From the NCBI RefSeq assembly GCF_004010195.1, contig NC_057756.1, forward strand, positions 970,265 to 1,034,264: DNA of 64,000 nucleotides. The letters are read 5' to 3'. Origin of the DNA: Chiloscyllium plagiosum. Lineage: Eukaryota. Numbering within the stretch: the stretch's first letter is position 1; every line of letters starts with the position of its first letter. The notes below the pieces were generated by a model. The model did no database searches. It had not been told where the DNA came from and worked only from the letters and a program-made list of their open reading frames with translations. Shown here one piece after another: positions 54,201-64,000 of this stretch. A program made the translations under genes and the position numbers.

Positions 54201-55400
54201 TTGATTGAGTTTTTTGAGGAAGTAACAAAGAGGATTGATCTATGTAGACTTCAGTAAGGCGTTCAACAAGGTTCCCCATGGGAGACTGATTAGCAAGGTT
54301 AGATCTCACAGAATACAGGGAAAACTAGCCATTTGGATACAGAACTGGCTCAAAGGTAGAAGACAGAGGGTGGTGGTGGAGGGTTGTTTTTCAGACTGGA
54401 GGCCTGTGACCAGTGGAGTGCCACAAGGATCGGTGCTGGGTCCTCTACCTCTTGTCACTTACATATTTGACTTGGATGCGAGCATAAGAGGTACAGTTAA
54501 TAAGTTTGCAGATGACACCAAAATTGGGGGTGTAGTGAACAGCGAAGAGGGTTACCTCAGATTACAACAGGATCTGGACCAGAAGGGCCAGTGGGCTGAG
54601 AAGTGGCAGATGGAGTTTAATTGAGATAAATACGAGGTGCTGGATGTTGGGAAAGGAAATCTTAGCAGGACTTACATACTTAAGGTGTAAGGTCCTCGGG
54701 AGTATTGCTGAACAAAGAGACCTTGGAGTGCAGGTTCATAGCCCCATGAAAGTGGAGTCGCAGACAGATAGGATAGCGAAGAAGGCATTTGCTATGCTTT
54801 CCTTTATTGGTCAGAGTATTGAGTACAGGAGTTGGGAGTTCATGTTGCGGCTGTACAGGACATTGGTTAGGTCGTTTGGAATATTGCGTGCAATTCTGGT
54901 CTCCTTCCTATCATAAAGATGTTGTGAAATTTGAAAGGGTTCAGAAAAGATTTACAAGGATGTTGCCAGGGTTGGAGGATTTCAGCTATAGGGAGAGGCC
55001 GAACTGGCTGGGGCTGTTTTCCCTGGAGCATTGGAGGCTGAGTGGTGACAAAATTGAAGGGCATGGATTGGTTAAATAGAAAAAGTCTTTTCCCTGGGGT
55101 CGGGGAGTCCAAAACTGGAGGGCATAAGTTAGAGTGAAAGGGGAAAAATATAAAAGAGATCTATGAGGCAACTTTTTCACACACACACAATGTATATAGA
55201 ATGAGCTGCCAGAGGAAGTGGTGGAGGCTGGTATAATTGTAACATATAAAAGGCATTTGGATGGATATGTGAATAGGTAAGATTTGGAGGGATATGGGCC
55301 AGGTGCTGGCAGGTGGGACTAGATTAGGTTGGGATATCTGGTCGGCATGGATGGGTTGGACTGAAGGGTCTGTTTCCATGCTGTACATCTCTATGACTCT
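51237..55400 (+). mobile_element. Near full-length CR1 with 5' half inverted (51237-53876 minus; 53877-55400 plus)
   Basis: 5'UTR, ORF1 (VHIGIND, RVVISGLL) and EN (YFNARGL, YRPPNS, GDFNFP) on minus; RT and tail on plus. Confidence 0.92.
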
Positions 55401-56499
55401 GCTCACTCTAAGAAAACCTCATTAAGCTCTGGACCTTCCTTCATTTCAAGCACTTCAATTTTGATCAAAAGTGCCTACCTTTTATTTAAGCTAATGTTAT
55501 CATTACAAACTGTGAGAAAATACTCTGCAGTTATCACTTTGGAGTTGTCTGTTTCCCTTGGGAACATGTCACTTTCTGAACTGCCCCGCCTGAGACTGAG
55601 TCCTGAATTCAGTCTTTCAGCTGCACCTACTCGCCGTTTTCACCCAAGCCCAAAGCATTCTTAATTATCTATGCAGCACTTCTTCTGCTGGCCCACTGTG
55701 CCACTTCCCTTCCTGCTATGCCTGTTCTGTGTTGCCCACCTTTGTCAGTCCCTCCCTGATGCTCCTTTCTGGCAGTCCCTCCATAGTGCCTCTCTCTGCC
55801 AGTCCAGTCTGTGGTTCCCTGCTGTCTCACCCCACCACCATACTCCTCCATGTTAGTTACCTTGATGGCCACCAATGTCAGTCCCCCCTGAGGTGCCTGG
55901 CCATGCCAGACCCTTCCCATTGTTCCAGTCTACTCTGTGGCATTTTTCATCACTTCAACTTCCCCTGTTAATTCTTTTTCCTGATATTCTTATACATTTG
56001 ATGTAACTGCAATACTCCAACTTCTGTGAACAGCCAACATTTTATTAAGCAAATACAGCACAAGCTTTATCATGGTTGCAAAGTATGTTGGGAGGTCTCC
56101 GAATAAAGGAATAGCTCTTCCTTTTAGACAAAATCTTTACATCCCGGTCAGTAATGCCCACAAGACAATCCCCATAGTCACATGCCCCTCAAGACACAAT
56201 GCAGTGACCTTATCATTTCCTGGAACAATATAATTTAAATCATCCGTTAATGGCCGTTCGTGTTGTGTATCTTTTTTTTCACTGCAGGGAATAGTCAAAA
56301 TTCCAACTGTAATTGATTTTTGAATAGGATGATGTTGCAAATTATCTTTGAATAATAGGAGATGGCCATGTAAATGGCTCTGAATGAAAGGAATTTACAT
56401 TGTTATCCCTTGCCAATCTACCTGTAAGTCAGAGGCATCCCATCCTAGCTTTGGGGCATACAATTTCCTGCAGGTCACCAGAGCAAATTAACTCTTTAA

Positions 56500-56965
56500 T
56501 ATCTCACCCCTCCCACTCTGCCAATGTCATATCAGTCCTGGGCCACCTCCTCCGCCAAATCCAAGCCGCTCGACGACTGGAGGAAGAAGACCTCATCTTC
56601 CACCTTGGGACCCTCCAACCAGATGGCATCAATGTTGATTTTACCAGTTTCCTCATCTCCCCTACCCCGCCTTATCCCAGACCCACCCTCCAACTCAGTA
56701 CTGACCTCTTGAATTCTCCTACCTGTCCATCTTCCTTCCCACCTATTTGCTCCACCCTTTACTCCGATATATCACCATCATCCCGACCTTCATCCAACGA
56801 TCATATTCCTAGCTACCTGCCCCATCCCCAGCCCCAACCACCTCCCATTTATCTCTCGGTCCCTTTGTGCCCCCCACCCCCAACACATTTCTGATAAACT
56901 TGTACTCAAAACATTGACTTTCCTGCTCCTCTGATGCTGTGCTTTTCAAGCGCTACACTTCTTGA
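56500..56965 (+). mobile_element. Penelope-like 3' fragment
   Basis: RRLEEEDLIFHLGTLQPDGINVDF; homologous to 38585-39185. Confidence 0.75.
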
Positions 56966-57399
56966 CACCATCCTTTGTGGTGTCACTAGGTTTCTCAGTA
57001 TGCCAGCCCTCTTCTGCTGTCAGCTGCCCCCACAATAGAGCATCCTACATAATATTATTGACTCATTTCCACACTTGGTAGTTAGAAATGGGCATTACAA
57101 ACTGACTTAGCTTGTAATGCCAATGGCCCTGAATGGATTTTGAAAAACATTCTCGTATCGATTACATTTCGAAAAGAGTAATGACCTGCGATGCTGTGTA
57201 TTGTGGTTTGAGGTCATGAATGGCGCTATGCTTGGTTTCAGGTGTCACCCAGTACATGACTGTTATATCCCACTCAGGCCTACTTTGTAAATTTGCCTCA
57301 TGCTTTCACAATTAGACCTGCAATGAAAAAACAGTCATCCACTGCAGTCCCATTTCAAGGTAAATTGGACCTTTTTTGCTGATCATGTCACTGCTGCCT

Positions 57400-58228
57400 C
57401 TCAGAATGTGCCTCAGGACTTTACGCTATTTTCCTATAATTCCCTGTAATCTTGCGCATTGTCTCTTTTGAATAATCATCGAACTCCCTCTTGAATGTCT
57501 GCAGTGATCCTGCCTTCACCACTTGTGCGGATATTGCATTCTGTACTGGGATTACTGATTGTGCAAAATGGTATTGCTTCACATGTTACATTTGTGTCTT
57601 TTTCAATTTACCTTAAAGCTGTACCCCCTCATTCTTAATATTTTTATAAATGCCAGTGTAGTTTATCCCCATCTACACTTCCAGATCTTTGCTGATTTAG
57701 AAAGCTTCTTTGGAATCTCCTCTTCAGCTCTTCCTCTCCAAGGGAAGCCATCCCAACTACTCCAATCCATACCCATAACTGAAGTTTCTCATCCATGGAC
57801 CCATTGTTGTAAGTCTCTTCTGCAGTTTTCCAGTGCTTTCCCATCCTGTATATAGTGTGTAGATTTGTACTCATTACTTCACATGAGATTTAACAAGTAT
57901 CTTATGCAAGTTCAGCAAAGCTTGTTTGCTCTTGTACTTTGTGCCCACATTAATCGAGCCTCCGTGAAGATCAAAAGTGTACTCTATTAGCTTCTGCCAC
58001 TTTAATGGTTTACGCATATATACATCTGCCATCCTGTTAGCCAACGCCCCCTTTCGAATAATACCTTTTTTTTAAACTATATCTTCATGTTCTTTCTATT
58101 AAACTATATCACCTCACCCTTCTCCTTTTGAAATTCTACACAATCTTCCTCACAGCTTATAATGCTTCAGATATTTTTGTTGCCTGCAAAGTCCAGAGTT
58201 ACTCCATTGCACTAAGATTTTGAAAATC
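57400..58228 (-). mobile_element. Old CR1 fragment
   Basis: decayed similarity to the CR1 3' region. Confidence 0.55.
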
Positions 58229-59810
58229 TTAGTGCAAGGGACCTGGGTTCGATTCCCGCCTCGGGCTACTGTCTGTGTGGAGTCTTCCCGTGTCTGCATG
58301 GGTTTCCTTCCAGGTGGTCCAGTTTCCTTCCACGATCCAAAGATATATTTGGAATAGCAAAGAATGATTATGGATAGTCAACCTGGCTTTGAGCGTTGGA
58401 AATCGTGTCTCATGAGCTTGATTGTTTCTTAAAAAAACCTCCGGATTCATGAGGACAGAGCGGTAGATGTAATCTGTGTGAACTTCAGTAAGGCATTCAA
58501 TAATGTTCTCTGTGGGAGACTGGTTAGCAAGGTTAGATCTCATGAAATACAGGGAGAACCCTGTATTTCATGAGATTGGATACAGAACTGGCTTGAAGGT
58601 AGAAGACAGAGGGTGGTGGTGGAGGGTTGTTTTTCAGACTGGAGGGCCTGTGATCAGGGGAATGCCACAAGGATCGGTGTTGGGTCCACCACTTTTCATC
58701 TATGTGAATGATTTGGATGTGAGCATAAGAGGTATAGTTAGTAAGTTTGCAGATGACACCAAAATTGGACAGCGAAGAAAATTACCTCTGATTACAACAG
58801 GATCTTGACCATATGGGCCAATGGGCTGAGGAGTGGCAGATGGAGTAATTTCGATAAATGCGAGGTGCTACATTTTGGGAAAGCAAATCTTAGCAGGACT
58901 TATACACTTGAATGGTAAGGTCCTGAAGAGTGTCACTGTAAAAAGAGACCTTGGAGTGCAGGTTCATAGCTCATTGAAAGTAGATAGGATAGTGAAGAAG
59001 GCATTTGTATGCTTTCCTTAATTGGTTACAGTATTGGTTGCAGGGTTTGGGAGTTCATGTTACGGCTGCACAGGACATTGGTTAGGCCACGCTTAGAATA
59101 TTATGTGCAGTTCTGGTCTCCTTCCTATCGGAAGGATGTTGGTGAAACTTGAAAGGGTTCAGAAAAGATTTCCAAGGATATGCCAAGGTAGGAAGATTTG
59201 AGATTTAGGGAGAGGTTGAATAGGCTGGGCTGTTTTCCCTGGAGCGTCAGAGGCTGAGGGGTGGCCTTAGAAATATTTATAAAATCATGACAAAAATAGA
59301 CAAATCTTTTCCCTGGAGTGGGGGAGTCCAGAACTGGAGGGCATAGGTTTAGGGTGAGAAGGGAAAGATATGAGACCTTGGGTCTCTTCACACAGCGAGT
59401 GGTATGTCTATGGAATTAGCTGGCAGAGGAAGTGGTGGAGGCTAGTACAATTGCAACTTTTAAAACCCATCTGTATGGGTATTTGAATGGGAAGGGTTTG
59501 GAGGAATATGGGCTGGGTGCTGGCAAGTGGGACTAGTTTAGGTTGGGATATTTGGTCGGCACGGGCGAGTTGGACCGAAGGGTCTGTTTCTGGGTTGCAC
59601 ATCTCTGTGACTCTCTGACTCTGTGCAGGTTAGGTGAATTGGCCGTGCTAAATTGCAAATGCTGTTCAGGGATGTGTAGGTCAGGTTCATTAGTCAGGGG
59701 TAATTGTAGAGTAATCGGGTAGGGGATTGGGTCTAGGTGGGTTACTCTTCAGAGAGTTGGTGTGGTCTTGTTGGGCCAAATTGCCTGTCTCCAGGGATTC
59801 TGTGATTCTT
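58229..59810 (+). mobile_element. SINE (58229-58340, 59620-59810) split by a CR1 insertion (58340-59620)
   Basis: B box GGTTCGATTCC; CR1 RT PQGSVLGP, KFADDTK; SINE resumes gtgcaggttaggtgaattggcc. Confidence 0.88.
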
Positions 59811-60086
59811 GATTTTATGAAATAAGGCTCCTCATGCCAAATTACTTGCCAGTGGAGGCTAGAGGTGCTGAATCGCCTATTCCAGCTCCTCGTATTATGT
59901 GGTGTGTTCCTTTGTTACCCCAGGAAATCACCTCTACCAAACTTACTCCAACCTGAAAAGAAATCCGTCAAAAATTATTCTTTTTTTTGTCACTTAGTCA
60001 ATTCTGTGTTCATGTTACTCTTGTGTGTTTAAATTAATGAGCTCTAAGTTTGCTCACAAGTCTCTTGTCTCTCCCTCCACCTGCAG

Positions 60087-60246
60087 GAGAAGCTGGCACG
60101 TCGAGCGAGAAAGAGAACCAGTACTGGGGAGCGGCCACCCTCCATTCTAGATCTCACCCACATGGAGCAGGAAGCTCTGGACATCATTGGGCCCAACAGC
60201 CGGAGGAGCATCGAGAATGGCGAGGCTGGAGGCCAAGTTTCACAGG
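60087..60246 (+). CDS. Exon 2 of the Myb/SANT gene
   Basis: acceptor ctccctccacctgcag; EKLARRARKRTSTGERPPSILDLTHMEQEALDIIG matches the typical post-Myb 'TGGG...LT..E....IG' segment; phase 0/1. Confidence 0.85.
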
Positions 60247-60387
60247 GTGTCCTCCGCATTCCCATAGCTGCTTGCGTTTCACCAAGGCGTCGCACCAGGA
60301 GCGCGGTCAACAAGGGGAGGGCTGCTCCATGCTTCCCCCACCTCCCTAGTGCTCGCTGACCCTTCTCCCCTCTCCCTTTTCCTCCAG

Positions 60388-61220
60388 GTCTCTCGCATTA
60401 CTTGGGCTTTGCTGGGCATGAAATCGAGGAGCACCACCTGATGGAAGAGGCTCCGTCCTTTCAGTACCACAGCACAGAAATTGGCGTGTCTGACGGGAGC
60501 GAGGGCGAACTCCATGAGTCCTCACGAGGTGAATTATTCAGCAGTAGTGAGCAGGAGCTGAACATACTGGAAAGGACAGTGCAGGAGACGGGCGGCCACA
60601 GGGCCAACCCAATTCCCAGCTATGCTGAAGAGGACAAAGATGCTGATTTCAGCGGCCCGGCCTTTAAAAGAAAGATCTTCCATGAGCACCACCAATTGCT
60701 CGAGGCTTTAGACAGCTTGCCCAGGAGCTGCCTCACCCTGTCTGAGAGTATGGAGGAGTCTGCTTCTATACTGTGTGGTGTTGTGGCACAAGGGATCACC
60801 AGCCTGCAGTCCACCATGGAGCACATGGTTAGCTCAGTGGAAGCAGCAGTGAGGCCCCCCATCCCAGAGCCCGTGCCGCCAGCCTTGGCCTCATTGATCG
60901 AAGCTCAGACCAGTGCCATCCAGGCCCTGGCCTGCACCATCTCCTCAGGCTTGGAAAGGTTGGGGGCGCGCATCGACCAGGGCTTCGGTCGCCTCACTGG
61001 TCTCCTGGAGTCTGCCTTGCCGTCGGCCAGCGGGGGCACCGTTGAGGCCCGGGACGAGGGCAGTGTGACGTGTACGGCACGATGCCACACTGCTCAGGAT
61101 GCCAACGCATCCACACCCTCGCTGCATCCCCGACCATCCACTGCCCTGGAGGCAGCGGCGGTAGCTCCACCCGAAGTCAGGTCCCCTCGCGCAAGAGCTC
61201 TTCGAGATCGCCGACCATAA
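60388..61220 (+). CDS. Exon 3 (terminal) of the Myb/SANT gene
   Basis: acceptor ctcccttttcctccag, phase matches exon 2; 833 nt open; acidic region then predicted helical region; TAA. Confidence 0.85.
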
Positions 61221-61324
61221 GCACCTCGTGGGATGGGATTAACACATTGAAGCAGGAGTGGGAGGCCTTGTAGGAGCACAAGTGTAGGAAAGAGAACACT
61301 GCGGATAGGCGGGGTGGGGATAGC

Positions 61325-61377
61325 AATAAAGTCTGCGTTATTGTGTTATTTCATATGATTTGTATAAAATCAATAAA
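61325..61377 (+). terminator. Polyadenylation signals
   Basis: AATAAA at 61325 and 61372, GT/T-rich sequence downstream. Confidence 0.65.
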
Positions 61378-62391
61378 ATGTGACCCGTTTTGCAATTTTG
61401 ACTTTATTTTACTGGTGCTGGGTGGGTTATTGCTTGCAAAGTTAAAATGGCATTTTTCCCAGTGAGTGCCTTGATGGGTCTTTAGCATTGTGAGGTGTGC
61501 CCTATGTTGCAGTTTTGCGGCATCAACTTTGTACCAATTACCCCCAATAACTTCGATGAGGGGCGCAAAAGGAAATGGCTAAAGTGGCCAGCAACAGGAG
61601 GACAGGAGATTTGTCTCTTCGCCCCCCTCCCCAAAAAAAAAGCCCACAATTTAAACAAAGACAGAAGTACACTGGAGGCAGATCCAAACTGTTTACAAAT
61701 TTGCACCTAGACTGGATTGTCTCTTGAAGATTGTTCGGGCAGACTGGGTTTTTTTCAAATGTAGTTTTAGAAAGCAATACTGATTCAATTGATGTTTGTA
61801 AAACCCTTGAGTGGCCTCAACAAGGCTGATGAGAAAAGGTGATTTCTTTTATGGATCAGTCCAGAGATGAGGGGCATTGTTCTAAATTTCGGGGTCATCC
61901 TGTCAGGAGACATAGTAGAATTCTTGTTTCCTTTCAGAGGGTAATTTTACTTAGAATTCTCTGCCTGAACACACTGAAAACAGCATCATTGAATATTTTT
62001 AAGACCATTGAAGATTGATTTGCGATTGGCAGGAAAATCAAAGGTGAATAGACGGCAGTGGGAAATTCAAAACCTAAACAGATCAGGCATGATGGAGCAA
62101 AGTTGAGTGATCATTTCAGTGCTTATAGTTGTTTATTGTTATGTTAAATTCATGGGGTATGGCTATTGCCAGTTAGGCTAACATTTATTGCCAATTGCTA
62201 ACTTTCCTTCAGAAAGTGGTGGTGCTCTGTCTCATTGCTGCAGTCGGTATGAAATAGGTACACCAACAGTGATGTAAGGAAGAGAGTTTGAGGATTTTAT
62301 ACATCAGTGTTCAAGGTATCTATTATTTTCTCACACTATTCAGAGCATGATGTACCTCTGGTTGCTAGTGGGAAGAAATTAGAACTTCAGA

Positions 62392-62700
62392 TCATAGAGT
62401 CATAGAGATGTATAGTATGGAACAAACCCTTCATTCCAACCCATCCATGCCGACCAGATATCCCAACCCAATCTAGTCCCACCTGCCAGCACCCGGCTCA
62501 TATCCCTTCAAACCCTTCCTATTCATATACCCATTCAAATGCCTTTTAAGTGTTGTAATTGTACTAGCCTCCACCACTTCCTCTGGCAGTTCATTCCATA
62601 CATGTACCACCCTCTGTGTGGAAAAAGTTGCCCCTTAGGTCCCTTTTATATCTTTTCCCTCTCACCCTAAACCTATGCCCTCTAGTTCTGGAATCCCTGA
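62392..62700 (-). mobile_element. CR1 3' end
   Basis: reverse complement of the CR1 tail. Confidence 0.9.
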
Positions 62701-63140
62701 AACCAGAGAAGATTTAGTAGGACATTGCCCAAACCGAATAACATTAGGTCTCTGATAAGTTAAGCCTGCTCTCTCACAGAAAGCTGAGCGGATTGTATGC
62801 ATTATACAAAACCAAGAGAGGTTGAGATATAGTTAATAGGAAAGTCCTTTTCCCCTTGGTTGAGAGCTCCTTTACGAGCGATGTAGGTTTACTGGGGATA
62901 TGAAGGAAATTATTGCCACCCAGGAGTTGGCGCATTATCAGAGGGGCTCATTTCCTGGAAGTGTGCTGAAGCCAGCATGGAATCAAACAGCAAGGAAACA
63001 AACCCAACGGTCCAAGTGTTCCATGACAAACCAAATTTTCCAGATTATTCCCACTTTTCTGCATTTGGCCCATATTACTACAAAGCCTTTTGTGATTTGG
63101 ATCAGTACTTGAATACTTGTAACTGTTCTATCTACCCATA

Positions 63141-64000
63141 TGTTATGGACCAGACCAGACACCCTCAAAATTCTTTCAGAAGATAGCTTAGATCTTAACC
63201 TTTTCTTACTTTAAAGGTAGATGTGAAGTAGGTGTTCCAGTTGTGATGCAACAGGCCAAACCACTCAATGGTAAACAAAACATTATTTATTTAAGTACTA
63301 TAGTTAAAATACAAAAGAAAGAGGAATTTAGATTAACAACTATTGGAGCACTTAACTGAAAAATAGATACAGTACCTCTTAGGAATTAACTGTTCCTATA
63401 TACTAACAATATAGTAAACACACCCCTTGGAAAAATGTAAATTCAGATGCATTATTTCATGTCGTTCATCATCCAGAGAGCTTTCAGAAAAAGTCAGTTA
63501 TTAAACATTTACTGAAGCCTGTAAGCCTTTCAAACAACTTGCAACTACTACAGCTTAAAAAAAAGGTAGAAAGCCTGGTCTGGGAGAATTGGCCGCTCCC
63601 CTTCCATTGTTCCAAACACTTTTTTAAAAAAAAACCTAAAGGCTCTTAACCTATTGACCTAGGCTGGCCCCTGGCGCCATTTCAACGCTTCTGCCTTTAC
63701 AACCTCTCTTCAAAAAAAAAGCCCAGGTCAAAACTTTTTTAAAGTCACCACATCATCACACCTCCTCTCTCTTTTAAAAAAAGAACCATCAAAATGCAAA
63801 GATGGCTTCATTTTAAAACCCTTTGTCTTATTCTGTTAGTGCACTGCAATACATATATGTTACATTGACTCTATGCTTGCAAGCATTCATTACGTTCTGT
63901 TGCAGTCTGTTCATTCCTGTCACGAAAAGCCTTTGTCTGTCTTAATCCAAGTTGCGACAATGTGTCGGCAATTGTTTTCTCATTGTCCCACTTGTATCAT
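63141..64000 (-). mobile_element. Gypsy 3' LTR (63141-63760), PPT and RNase H end, running off the window
   Basis: TG..CA, 620 bp; adjacent cctcctctctc; gaaccatc..aaagatggcttca shared with 32109-32137; minus strand IADTLSQL. Confidence 0.8.

Noticed and set aside
57091..57121. 10-bp perfect inverted repeat GGCATTACAA/TTGTAATGCC
   Set aside because: Single short hairpin within decayed repeat sequence; compatible with chance.
61221..62390. Possible convergent Harbinger transposase or TIR
   Set aside because: No DDE-like ORF or inverted terminus recognisable; only decayed LINE fragments.

Overview
Vertebrate genomic DNA, most likely a shark (inferred from HE1-type tRNA SINEs and HER1/CR1 LINE tails), dominated by decayed retroelements: CR1 LINEs, SINEs, Penelope-like fragments and Gypsy LTR elements. 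Two spliced + strand host genes can be reconstructed by eye. (1) The 3' part of a B30.2/PRY-SPRY gene with butyrophilin/BG-like architecture: a chain of phase-1 microexons of 21-36 nt (78-23472) followed by a 521-nt B30.2 exon (24255-24775). Three of the 21-nt exons, plus a fourth with a dead donor, sit in a ~1-kb tandem duplication array. (2) An intact 3-exon, ~407-aa Harbinger-type Myb/SANT gene (40901-61220) with a 19-kb LINE-filled first intron, no visible transposase partner, and a CpG-rich promoter made of fixed-spacing motif modules. Other notable items are a Gmr1-like Gypsy element (integrase upstream of RT), two CR1 copies with twin-priming-type 5' inversions, a Penelope-derived palindrome with a 13-bp TSD and a minimal hammerhead ribozyme motif, and two local templated insertions. 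Exon calls rest on splice signals and frame only, and repeat boundaries are approximate.
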